A DNA stretch of 64,000 nucleotides from Blepharisma stoltei ATCC 30299 (taxonomy: Eukaryota; Protista; Ciliophora): positions 988,431 through 1,052,430 of the forward strand of contig CBFDEM010000036.1 of NCBI GenBank assembly GCA_965603825.1. Direction: 5' to 3'. The notes under the pieces were generated by a model that was not told the origin of the DNA, searched no databases, and was given only the letters and a program-made list of their open reading frames with translations. Of this stretch, positions 25,860 to 36,893 are shown one piece after another (the first letter of the stretch is position 1; the number at the start of each line of letters is the position of its first letter). Position numbers and translations under genes: made by a program.

Positions 25860-26245
25860 TTATTGTGGATGGCCCCTTAGAGATAGGTGCACATTCTTTG
25901 GTCCCTAGCCTTGGAAATCGGCTAAATGCCAAAAGATTGTATACAATGCGAAATTGCCTTGGGGAAAAATTTTTGATATTGAGACATTCGTACATTTAAA
26001 AAATTTCTGGCCGAATTTTCTTCTATGAATTGCATAGACCATTAGGCCGCACCTTGGAGTCGTGCATTCCGAATTGTATAGCTCGCCCCAAGCTGCAAAG
26101 GCTGCATTTCGTAAATCTCTAACTGATCTGAGTGAGTTTCTGAGCTCAAAGAAGAGTCCTTAAAGCCCAACTTCAAGACAGCCTCTATCAATTAATCAAA
26201 ATGCCCACATTTTAGTAGAAGAAAATGTGCCTGAAATTGGCATGA
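25860..26245 (+). ncRNA. putative structured non-coding RNA, copy B (unidentified family)
   Basis: About 42% GC by hand count over 25861-26160, with no credible ORF and at least six properly nested helices (see findings). Confidence 0.55.
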
Positions 26246-26390
26246 ATAATTAAGATAAAGACACTTGAATGTTTGCCAGTAGAAGACTTATTATCCATTA
26301 TAAGATTATATTAATCCTTTATAAATGGATATGAAAAATATCAAAAATCCTTTGCAGAAGAAGTTATTTTTATAAAAATCAGATTTACAG

Positions 26391-27044
26391 TTAATTATTT
26401 ATTTTGGGAAGCAAAATGTCAGAGCCGGAAATGCTTGACCGATTAGTATCATTGCTCATTTCTTCGCAGATTTTTTCTTCTAAATTTATAATTCTTCTTC
26501 CTGTAGATCTTGCTAGTCTTTCTTTGTAATTTCCCACGCAATTTATAAGCTTTTTTTCTGGTGGAATACCCAAAAAGCTTTCAGCGAAGTAATTTTTTTT
26601 ATATTGCAAATTTATTTGGTTTTTTTGCAGATTTTTAAGTGCATTTGAAGGGGATTTTCCTTCTTTGGAAAAATCTTCATATGCAACTTCTTCTTTTGAA
26701 GGGTCAAATGGTAATGGAGATTTTGAACTGAATTTATAATCACCCTGGCCTTTTAAGCCTAAAACAAATAAGGATTTAGGAGCTTCATTAGTTATACATG
26801 GAAATCGGGATTTTGGAGGGGATAAAGAATGAGGAGCATTGGTTGATTTCGAGATTTTTGATTTTTTCAGACGGGTTTTAATAAGGGAGGATCTTTGTTT
26901 CGGGCTGAACTGAGGCATATGGAAAGGCTGGAATTTGTCGTAAAATTTCGACCCACCAATTTCGTCGTTGAAAATATCTTTTTCTCTTTGGAAATGGTTA
27001 TAAGTACGCAGCCTTTCTAATTTTTGCAAGTTAATTATATCCAT
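26391..27044 (-). CDS. hypothetical basic protein, 217 aa
   Basis: ATG-TAA ORF; no recognisable domain. Confidence 0.7.
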   Translation of the reverse strand: MDIINLQKLERLRTYNHFQREKDIFNDEIGGSKFYDKFQPFHMPQFSPKQRSSLIKTRLKKSKISKSTNAPHSLSPPKSRFPCITNEAPKSLFVLGLKGQGDYKFSSKSPLPFDPSKEEVAYEDFSKEGKSPSNALKNLQKNQINLQYKKNYFAESFLGIPPEKKLINCVGNYKERLARSTGRRIINLEEKICEEMSNDTNRSSISGSDILLPKINN

Positions 27045-27249
27045 TTTGGGTATTAACTATTTATTTGATTAGCCATATTTCAGTTTTAGTTTAAAATTAA
27101 ATAATTACACTAGCAATCAATTATTTTAAATTAATACCAATACAAGCCCTCTAAATTAATGCATCAATTTTTTATGTTTTCTCACCAATTAATTTCCTGT
27201 CCTCCCCAATAAATCTCTGAGTTTTAAAAAATGGCTCACTCATTTTATA

Positions 27250-27801
27250 ATGATTTTTACAAAGATCAAAAACCCTGAAAAAATCACAATCCTAGACCCA
27301 AGGCTTGAAATTTACCCAGAAATAGTAACTCACACTTAGATTAAGCAAAATTTTGAAAACCGAGCCCCGACAGAAGAAGAATTAAATGAGCTAAACCGTC
27401 TCGATAAAATCGCAGAGACCATAAAAACCCTTATATCTTCAATAGAAATCAACCCTCTTTCTCTCAATTTTAAATCCAATAGCTTTATATCCCCTCGTCC
27501 TTTATCAAGACTTGAAAAACGCTGTTTTCAATGTGGAGAATCCTGTCATTCCCTGATCCATTGCAAGTTTTCTTTATGTTTACTTTGCAATAAAATAGGC
27601 CATTTAGCAAGCCGATGTATTTTTAAAAATTACCCTGACGCAGTTATGAGTATAAAACAATGTGAGTTTTGTGATTTAAGGGGCCATCACAGTTCTGACT
27701 GCCTAAACCGCAAAAATTCAATAGAAAGCGAAGAATTTTCCGAAATTACCTGCATTGTGTGCAGAAGCCATGGACATATAAATTGTTTAAATAATAATTA
27801 A
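27250..27801 (+). CDS. CCHC zinc-knuckle protein (Air1/2-like), 178 aa, one 15-nt intron; absent from the ORF track
   Basis: Knuckles CFQCGESCHSLIHC, CLLCNKIGHLASRC, CEFCDLRGHHSSDC and CIVCRSHGHINC; the frame is restored by splicing 27325-27339. Confidence 0.8.
27325..27339 (+). other. 15-nt spliceosomal intron
   Basis: gtaactcacacttag, with an in-frame TAG at the acceptor. Confidence 0.8.
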
Positions 27802-27802
27802 T

Positions 27803-28369
27803 TTACCTGTAAAACAGCTTTTTTATTTTTTCTAAGAATTTTTGTAAAATCCCAGAGTCTATTAAAGGAGAAGGCTCTTCACCTTGAGGATTATTTACCC
27901 ATGGGAAATTTTCTAGAATTTTTGCTTCCATTTGGTCATTATAATTTTCTGATAAGCCAAGTTTTGCTTTTAATATATCTGGATGCCTCTCCATATACTG
28001 AGATGCAAGAAAAGCACAGCATCCTTGATATAATCTTTCGATACCTAAATAGTCTGAAGCTTCTAACAGCTTGCATAGGTCATGAGGTTTTAACTCCTTA
28101 TAGAAAGCATATTCAAAAAAATCGATAATTCCCTTTAACCTTTTATTGGGAAGAGGCTTTGGGAGAGGGCTGGGAAGGGCATAGGAATAATGCTCACAGT
28201 ACACTATAATGTTTTCAACAGAGGTTTTTGATAGATGGGTTAATGGGATTTCGTCTGTTTGGTATTCAGTAATTAATTCAGATATAAGTGGGCTTAGCGT
28301 AGCAATTTGGTTACTGCAATGGACTGATCTGCCTTTTCTAACTAAAATAGTTATAAGATCTTTTGTCAT
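27803..28369 (-). CDS. Skp1-family protein, 188 aa
   Basis: IATLSPLI, EIPL, IIVYCEHY, PLPKPL, LLEASDYLGIERL..GCCAFLAS and ENFPW match the Skp1 POZ and dimerisation motifs. Confidence 0.88.
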   Translation of the reverse strand: MTKDLITILVRKGRSVHCSNQIATLSPLISELITEYQTDEIPLTHLSKTSVENIIVYCEHYSYALPSPLPKPLPNKRLKGIIDFFEYAFYKELKPHDLCKLLEASDYLGIERLYQGCCAFLASQYMERHPDILKAKLGLSENYNDQMEAKILENFPWVNNPQGEEPSPLIDSGILQKFLEKIKKLFYR

Positions 28370-28666
28370 TTATATATGTTTTCGTGAACAGTTTTTAATA
28401 GATAAGGCTTTGAAAGAAATCGTAATTTAATAAATTTTTTCTAATGTATTTGATTATGCATAAAGCCTTTTGCTTACTAAAACCACGAAAGACGTTATCA
28501 TGGCCTTTCCTTATATACAATATCATCTCTGGGCGTCTTACTAGCTGGCTATTTTTCAAATGACTACCATATTAAAAAAGACCTTATCTCAACAACTTAA
28601 TGCATTTTTTGAATATTTTTATCAAAAATTTTTCTTGATTGTAACTCAAAGATATATAAGGTAAAA

Positions 28667-29476
28667 ATGGATGAGGAGGATAAGCAGAAAGAAGAAATTA
28701 AGCAGCATTACAATGAAATCGCTGATTGATACGAAGAATATGCTGACTTATTAACAGCTTCTGTTTATCATTCATTCTTACCTACGCTTCATTTAGAAAG
28801 TTCCAGTAAAATTATAGAGGTTGCATGTGGAACTGGCTTAGGTCTATCATTACTTATGAGTCATATACTACCAGAAGCAGAAATTTATGCAAGTGACTTA
28901 AGCCCTGCAATGCTTGCTAAGGCTCAAAAAAGGAATTTACCAAAACTTAATTTAATAGAAGCCGCAAATGATGCTTTACCTTACGAGGATAATTTTTTTG
29001 ATAGATATATTGCAAACTTTTCCCTTCAGTTGGTCCCAGATGCGAGCTCAATGCTGAGAGAGTCATATAGAGTTTTGGCTGAAAATGGAATTTCTGTATT
29101 TTCTGTATGGGGAAGAAGAGAAATTTGTAACTGCCTGAATATTATAGATGAAGCAGTTTTTGAAGTCCTGGGAGAGGAAGATAATAAGAAAAGATCCCCA
29201 TTTTATCTAAATGATCAAGAATTACTTAAAAAGCTGATCAAAGAAGCTGGGTATAGAAAAGTGTATACATATTATACATCAACTCCTTATGGGCCAACAG
29301 GATCCGAGGAGACTATGAAATTTTACGAAGTCAATCCTAACCTGTGGGAATATAAAAAGAAGTCTGAAGAAATATATTTAAATATATTGAGCAAAATAAG
29401 AGAAAAAGTAGCACTTTTAGTTGAAAAAGAAGAAATTATCATGTTTGATGCTTTGATCATTATCGCATATAAATAG
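28667..29476 (+). CDS. class I SAM-dependent methyltransferase, 269 aa
   Basis: ATG 28667 reads through one TGA. Motif I IIEVACGTG, DLSPAML, LPYEDNFFD and LRESYRVL. Confidence 0.9.
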
Positions 29477-29605
29477 ATTAAGTCTTCAGGCAGCATTTAA
29501 TAATAAAGACTTATTTTTCTATTTAAATCATGGATTTATTCATATCAAATGCAGATCTAAATTAAACCAGTAATCATATATGCTACTTTGCATTATTTTA
29601 ACACC

Positions 29606-30703
29606 TTAATCCTCAATCTTCTGCCTCTTCATACTTCCTCCTCTCGAAACCCAATATTTTCCTATATCTTTGCACCAGATAATATCATATTTTTTATTCC
29701 ACTCAGTCCTTATACTATTTTCCCCATAATAATCATTTATTTTGTCTTCAAATTTTTTGACTATCATCTGCAGCACCTCTTCATTAATTCCGAGCTCATT
29801 GGCAGCTGCCTCAAGTTTTTCACATATATAATAAGTCTCCAGCGCATTCAAAATTTCAATAGGATTCATTACTTTAAGGTCATAAACCGTATCCAGCTGC
29901 TTTCTCTCACACCTATCCAGCCAATAATTTATTTGTTTTTTTGTGATCCCATGCAATTTTGCTATTTTTTCTTTTCTTTTTTGGGTCGCGTACTCATATA
30001 GGATTTGCTTTATATCTTTTTTCATAAAAAATAATTTTTTCCTGTTAATTTCTCCCATAATTTCACTTAAATGTCGCGCTTCTATATTTAAAGTTTTCCT
30101 TATTTCTTCATCACATATTCCTTGAGCCCTCATTTCAATAATTTGCTGCTTTAGCTCATCAGCTTTTGCATAAAATGCAGGAGACCTTTCCCAGCCTCCC
30201 CAAGAATGTATATAGCCTCCATTTCTTATGTCAAAAAGTGACTGAATGACCCTTATATTGACTCCATGATTGTAAAGTCTGGAAACTCTTTGTTTTAATT
30301 CTTCAATATCGTGGAGGTCTGATATTGGATTTTCATAGGATTTTTGCTTTGTGCTATATTTAACATAAAGATTTCGTTTTAGCTCGTATCTTTCGGATCT
30401 CATAAGGTTCAATTTTTTAGAGCGAGGGGAGAACTCTCTGTTGGTGGCGTTTCGGTAGCGGCTGGTATCGTTGATAAGAATAAGGGATTTAGGGGGAATA
30501 GAAAGAAGCTCAGAGGCACGGTCTAGACCGACTTTGTCGATGACGTCGTAGATGGAGACTCGAAGTTCTTCAAAAAAGGCAAGACTTTCGAAGCTCACGA
30601 GGGTTCTAAAGGCTCGGACTTCGTCTTGTGGGGTTTTGGTGTAATGTGCTACTATTTCATCTCCTAGGAACATTGCACAGAGTCCGATATATTTTGGTTC
30701 CAT
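29606..30703 (-). CDS. protein with about five tandem helix-turn-helix-like units, 365 aa
   Basis: Repeated A..L.I....L/I..W patterns (e.g. KIAKLHGITKKQINYW, AAANELGINEEVL). Confidence 0.7.
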   Translation of the reverse strand: MEPKYIGLCAMFLGDEIVAHYTKTPQDEVRAFRTLVSFESLAFFEELRVSIYDVIDKVGLDRASELLSIPPKSLILINDTSRYRNATNREFSPRSKKLNLMRSERYELKRNLYVKYSTKQKSYENPISDLHDIEELKQRVSRLYNHGVNIRVIQSLFDIRNGGYIHSWGGWERSPAFYAKADELKQQIIEMRAQGICDEEIRKTLNIEARHLSEIMGEINRKKLFFMKKDIKQILYEYATQKRKEKIAKLHGITKKQINYWLDRCERKQLDTVYDLKVMNPIEILNALETYYICEKLEAAANELGINEEVLQMIVKKFEDKINDYYGENSIRTEWNKKYDIIWCKDIGKYWVSRGGSMKRQKIED

Positions 30704-31121
30704 AAATAATTATGGGGCTTTTGATAATTTGGAATTTTTGATAATCAATTAATCTTTTTTACTTTGAGGAAAACTAAAGAAAATCAATTTTTTTAAATTT
30801 TTGCCAGATTTAATTTTTCGCATCATAACCTGTTTTCTTAATTTTTGATATGAAAAATCATTTCACGATCATTTTTGATAAAAAATCAACCCTAATCTCT
30901 GTGCTTTTATTTGCTACGCTCTATCTAGAGTATATCATCAAATCAATTTCACATATAAAAATTCTAAAATTATTCCTTTCGGTTTCCTAGAATCCAAGCC
31001 TTCAAGATCTCACTTTAAAAATGTTCCTAGTCTCTCTAGTGTCCTATAAGAAGTTCGATAGCTTTTTCATAGATATCTTTTCTCATCTTGAAACAACTTT
31101 ATTTAATATAACAATTTTTCA

Positions 31122-31961
31122 ATGACGAATTTTATTTCAAAAGACCTAATTGGGACTTTTTTCCCTGATCCTCAAATGCGGCAACTCTACGCATCTGCCC
31201 AAGTTATCCATACCTTAATAGCGAAAGAGACAATTTTTCATTTAATAGCTTATATCTCCAATTATCTCAAAACTCAAGGCACATTGCAAAGCTTAAAAGT
31301 CGGCATAATCGGCCTAGGCCATATAGGCACGTCAATTCTTGAAGAAATCCTGCATCTGCAAATCTTATCCCCAGAACAAGTTTTGGTATCAACGCGAACC
31401 CCTGATAAACATCGAAAATTCATAGAGCAAGGGCTAAGAGTTATATGAGATAACGAGCAGGTCGCTAAAGAATGCGATTTTATTATTTTAGCCTGCTTAC
31501 CTCACCAAATAGATTCAGTTTGCTCGTCAATTCGCAGCATTTTGTCTAACAAAAACAAAGGGATTTTTACGTTTACGGAAGAAGAAAAAAATCCTTCAAC
31601 GATGATTTTTTCTATTCTTGCTGCAACACCTATAGCGAAGGTAAAGCAGCTTACAGACAATTATCCCTTTATTTTGAGGTCGTATATTGATGTGGATTTA
31701 ATAAATAAAATAATTGCAAGCTTCCCTGAAGAAATTTCACCCTTAAGTATTTGTATTGAAAATTTACCATCACACTTTGCGAGAACTGCTAATGATGTCA
31801 GGACCTTTTTCGAGGTTTTTAATGCAGTGTTTTATGGAGCTCAAGACATAAGGGATGAAATTATTGAATTTTTTTGTGGGGCTGTTACTGAAGAAGGAGA
31901 ATATGTGTCAGCGTTTAATAATAGATTTAAAGAGATAATGAAAGAATTTGGTTCCATTTAA
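31122..31961 (+). CDS. NOXRED1: NADP-dependent oxidoreductase, pyrroline-5-carboxylate reductase-like (NOXRED1-like), 279 aa
   Basis: KVGIIGLGHIG Rossmann motif, VSTRTP, W(TGA)DN..V...CDFIILACLP; two track ORFs share one frame. Confidence 0.75.
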
Positions 31962-31992
31962 GATAAGAAAGAATTTGGTTTCATTCAGATAA
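31940..31992. repeat. imperfect tandem duplication (~27 bp) spanning the stop codon
   Basis: gaaagaatttggttccatttaagataa followed by gaaagaatttggtttcattcagataa. Confidence 0.8.
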
Positions 31993-32519
31993 GTCTGCTA
32001 ATTTAGAAAATTTCCATTTTTTAAGTTAATTAAATATGACTTATTTACCCGTAATTTTATATTTACTGACTGTGTACAGGGCATACCAATCGCCTTTATA
32101 AAATTATGTTTTTATTGGAATTATATAATTGCAGCCTAAAAAACTTTTAGTGAAATTAAATATTATCAAAACTTCAAAGAATTCAAATTTTTATATAAGT
32201 TGATTTAACGCTTTTGATTTAAGTTAAATAAAAAGTTTATAAAAGCTAAGAGGAGTCTGGGATTATTATCAATATTTTTAAATATAATTTACTTATAAGA
32301 AAGTCTCTAACATTAGCTAACTTGACATTTTAAGTTAATTTTCAAATAAAAATAATTAAAAATTTTGTAAATTCTAAATTAGCTTATTGACTCTGGATAA
32401 CCAGCTAAAATTTAAAAATAATATAGATAAAATAATGATCCTTATTTTCATGCTGAAATCTTCTGTTTTTCCTAACTAATTTCCGACCTTTTAGCTCATA
32501 AAAAATTTTATTGCTTTAT

Positions 32520-32880
32520 ATCTTCCCACTTATTCATCAATAATTAAAAGTCTTGAGAGAATCTTGACAAAGACATCACTAATCGACCTCCCATAATAGA
32601 CATTACTCATAAATCTCGAAAAAGTCTATATTGAGGCCGTTGGAGAAAAAATGATGGATGAATAAACTCCACACAATTAAACTATGGAATAATTAATTTT
32701 TGTCCATAAAATTAACCTCAAGCTAACTCCTCCAAGCCACAAAAAATTCCAGCGCTTACATGAATTAATATCGGGACCCAGAGAAATGTCTTTAGATGGA
32801 AAAGAGCACTTCTTAGAAATTTATTGGGACTTATGAAAAGTAGCTGTTTAATTAGGAAAAATTAAGAGTTTGGGAAAAAG
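32520..32880 (+). pseudogene. degraded coding-like segment
   Basis: One frame reads as protein-like (..LINLEKVYIEAVGEKMMDE*..KFQRLHELISGPREMSLDGKEHFLEIYWDL..) but is interrupted by several TAA/TAG. Confidence 0.35.
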
Positions 32881-33345
32881 TTTTAAATAAAGTTTGACAA
32901 GAATTAAATCCTAACATTCAAGAAATGAAACGAAGGAATTTGTTACATAGAAATTGATTTTAGAGCTTTGGCAAAAGAATAGCCAAAAGTGCTATCTTTA
33001 TGCTCAGAGGTGCACCTAAGGGGAGTCCGATAATCCTACTTTCTTTTTTCCAAGTTGAAATAGTCAGCTTCTATCAAACCGCTTCATTTCTTTAAAAGCG
33101 TCTTATGTATTTATTTCATAATATTCTCGAAATGGATGCCTGGCCGAGCAATAAGTTGTGCTGTTACTAAGTTAGATTTATTGAATTAACAAAGGTGAGC
33201 TATAGAATCCACTTGCTTTTTGAATTCTTTCATTCTCCAACTGTTGATTCCTTTTAGTTAAGTTTTTTCTTAAAGGGGTTACATCCCACATTTCCAGAAA
33301 GCAGTTCGAACCTATGTTTATTTAGAAATTATTTTATAAACTTAC

Positions 33346-33708
33346 TTAGTTGATTGTACTTAGAGTTGGTAAGTCTTTTTCCTCTTCTTTTTTGCACTTC
33401 CAATCAAAGGCCTTTCTCCCATAGTTATGATAACACAAATTGCACATCCCTCTTGCGTAATGCTTTTTCGTTATGTGAGGGCATGCAGTGACCCGTTGCT
33501 TCTTGTGGACTCGTTTCTTGGACTTTTTGGCTGCTGGCTTGATTTCATTTTGAATCAATAATCGACTACTATCTTCTTCCATTAAACCGTGAATAAGAGG
33601 AAGAACTTTTGGCGATGAGTATTGGCTCTCAGTTGTAACATTGTTTAGCAGGGAAAACATTCCTGAAAAAATGTTGAAGTTTGCGTTCTTAGAATTTTCT
33701 CCGGGCAT
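33346..33708 (-). CDS. CPH-HYAxGMC-CY Cys/His finger protein, single-finger copy, 120 aa
   Basis: Paralogue of 36483-36893 and 38755-39165 (shared FSxMFSL.N N-terminus and ACPH..KKHYARGMC..CYH); the second finger is absent. Confidence 0.8.
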   Translation of the reverse strand: MPGENSKNANFNIFSGMFSLLNNVTTESQYSSPKVLPLIHGLMEEDSSRLLIQNEIKPAAKKSKKRVHKKQRVTACPHITKKHYARGMCNLCYHNYGRKAFDWKCKKEEEKDLPTLSTIN

Positions 33709-36482
33709 TTACTTAATTATTTGCCTTTGGTAGAGCATAAATGGAAATCGCAAATTCTCCCAATGGCGTTCTTACTGAACGGAAGAAAATGAAGAAATTT
33801 GGCAAGAGAGCTTCGATTCAAATATATCTAGGTAGAGAAATAATTCCTTCCCTTGAATTTATCACATGGAATTTTTTAAATAGCCAATTAATTAATTAAA
33901 TTCTAAAAAGTCATATGAATTCAGATGCTATAAAAATTTTGAAAGTTTTTATTGAGTCAACAAAAAAATTTATAACGTCCAGGTCGAAGAAAAGTTTTGC
34001 ATGCACTTAATAAAATGGCTATGAAGATCAGTAATTATGTAAAAACTAAATAAAATGGGTAAATTAATTCAGTCATTTATCATTAATATTTTAAAATTCT
34101 TGTGAAACATTTTCAGGCATAGGTCTGTTGATTACACACATTAAAAAGTTTTAATTGTATGTTTTAAAAAAATTTGAATTATATAATAAAATACTTTTAC
34201 AATCGCAGCTGCTTTTTAGGACCTTATCAAGCATTAAGGTAATAAAAATTTTGATAGTTCGAATAAGCAGTGTCCTTTTCTTAGACTTTAATAAAATGGC
34301 AAACCATTTTCAAAAATGATTTATCAATATGATTTAAATTTTTATGTTCTGAATTTTAAATTCCTGTAAATTGATGCATGAGTTAAGCAGATGAAATCAA
34401 TATCTTTGTAAAACTAATAAATCTAGTCTTATGAGTAATTTTTGAGAATGATTATTTTTTGTCAAATTAAGGAATTACAATTTTTTTATAATTTTAGTAA
34501 AAATTTCAAATACGAAATTCTTTCTAAATTTTAGATGTTTTTAGGATGGGCCTGGAATTCAAAGCTCCAGACTATCACTTGCATATGTGGATCTACAGTC
34601 CAGGGAGCGAGCTAGGGAGCTAAGCCAGTGGCCCTGACTAATGTCTCCACACAAAGGGTCAAAGATTGTTTGGGATAGAAAGCTAGTCCCAACCAGATGG
34701 AAGAGCGAGGGTAAAAAGAATAAACGAAGCCACCGTTCGACGAAAGGAAGATCTACGACTTTTTTGGCTTTTACAAGATGGATGCCAAGGCCTACAGCCA
34801 TTAAAACAGTCAATTTCTAATTTAAAAATTTTTATTTCTTAGGATAAGGTCTCTAATATTAGATTCACAAGGAAACAAATTTAATTCAGTAATATTTTAA
34901 GGAAATTCCTAATCTCAATTAGGCTGGCTTTATAGAGAACAATAATTTTTTTAAAAGAAAATGGCTTCTTGGCCTTATATTTTTTGGTTAAATTTTATAA
35001 TCAAATCCATTGCTTTGGATCAATAGCTCTCTTAAAGGAACGTACAGGTTTTTAAATTTAAATTTACGATTATTTTTAATTTAAATTTTGAAAGAATTTA
35101 CATTATATCTTAATTTTAATAAATTACTCATTTCATTTTAGAATTAAATTAGATTATCATAAGGCAAATAAATGATTTTGTCTATCAAAATAAATCAGAA
35201 AAATTTTTACCCCAGAGGGCACTTTGAGATCAGATTTTTTTCAATTCTCTTCTAATATAAAAGCTAAGAAATCCATGAAGCTTCTATTAAAAACAAAAGA
35301 AGCTATAATAATTATCCAAGTTACATTTTTCTTTCAAAATCCCTTTTAGCTATATTTATTTCACTTTTGAAGATCAAAGATTTCATGGTTAAAATTATTT
35401 TTATAGGCACAAGATTCATGGTTTTGGTATTTGGAAATGTCAGACTTTTTAAAAGCATGCAATATATTTATGAATTCCCCCATTCCTTAATCCAATTTTA
35501 TAAGGGTATATGAAAGCAATAGAGCTAGAAGAAAAACTTTGAAGATGTAATTATCAAGGCTATAAAAGCATTTTTTTATAATATTTGGGCTAGCATCCTA
35601 ATTTTATTGGAAAGATCAAGCTCATCTGGGTTAAAAGCCCAAATTTTTTTAAAATAACAATATTTTTAAAGAAAAGTGAATTCAACCAGCTCAAGAGGTC
35701 CAGATACATTTTTGACTGAAAATCGGTATTTTTATCAATTATCCTATAATTTTTGAAAGAAATAGCATAACTTCTATGGTGACCAAAAGAATAGAAAAAA
35801 ATTATATCGATGAAAATTTTTAAAATTGCTTGTAATGCAATTTTAATGTATGGATTCATAAATGCACAAGCTTTTTTAGCTATTTAGTATAAAACTAAAT
35901 ATTTGCCAGACCAATCCCATAAAATGAAAAAAATTATCCCAAGCAAAAATCAAATTTTTATTTTCCCAATTTCACAGTCTTAAGCAAAAAACGATAGCTA
36001 TTTATCAAATACAAGTAACCGCAAGGATTTTCTGGCTTTTAAATAAAATTAAGCTATTCAGATTTTTCAAGGTTATTGATTACAAATCTAATTATATAAG
36101 TTGTTTTAATTTCCTCGAAATAAATTCAAATTCGAATTTTATTGATCATTTTTAAGCTTTTTTAAGCTTTTTTAGGCCATCTAATACTTCTATTATTTTA
36201 GGAAAAACATAATCATCCAACTCATCCAGGTATCCTAGAAGTACTATAAATTAAACTATGATGCTATTATGCTCCATCCTACTTTTTAAATTTTCGTATT
36301 AAAATACCTTAATTGCTATCCTTAATTTGTGGACTCCATTAATTTTTTGTCATTATATTATCAATTTAATCTGTAAATTAGAATTTTAACCTTAGAATGT
36401 ATGCATTTCCTTTAATTGGTTATATACGATTACTTATTCCATTTTTTTCTAATCATAATTCTACTCTAATTTATATAGATAA

Positions 36483-36893
36483 CTAATTTAAGATTATTTT
36501 TATCTTTGTAGTCGTTTCTGCATGCTGCTTATTGTAGCAAAGCTCGCACATTCCTTTTGCATAAAGCTTTCTATCTGTGTGCTCACATAGTCAGGCATAG
36601 GTGTCTCTTCCATATCGATGGTAGCAAGAATTGCACATCCCTCTAGCGTAGTGTTTTTTATTTATGTGCTGGCAAGCTGTAATTCTTTGAGTCTTTTTTC
36701 GACGCTTCTTAATTTTCAAAACTGGGATATGAGTTAAGGTAGAGGCTTCTTCAGGAATTTCATCGAAGAGGTTAGTGATGGGAGGAAGGCTCAATGATGT
36801 TGGAGGATTGTTTGAGGAAGATTTGGGGTTTATAAGTGAAAACATAGATGAAAAGACGGTTAGATGGACTGTTGTCGAACAATCAGACTGCAT
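36483..36893 (-). CDS. two-finger Cys/His protein, 136 aa
   Basis: Reads through TGA 36591-36593 into the second finger (WLCEHTDRKLYAKGMCELCY) and ends at TAG 36483. Confidence 0.88.

Noticed and set aside
25834-25995. Upstream in-frame extension of inhibitor-2 (MYECLNIK...)
   Set aside because: Not protein-like and overlaps the structured element; ATG 25833 has the usual AT-rich context. It cannot be fully excluded without 5' RACE.
25945-26165. Group I/II intron, riboswitch or RNase P/MRP identity for copy B
   Set aside because: Only short look-alike words are present; there is no group I P7 pair, no group II domain V, no convincing P4 pseudoknot and no riboswitch core.
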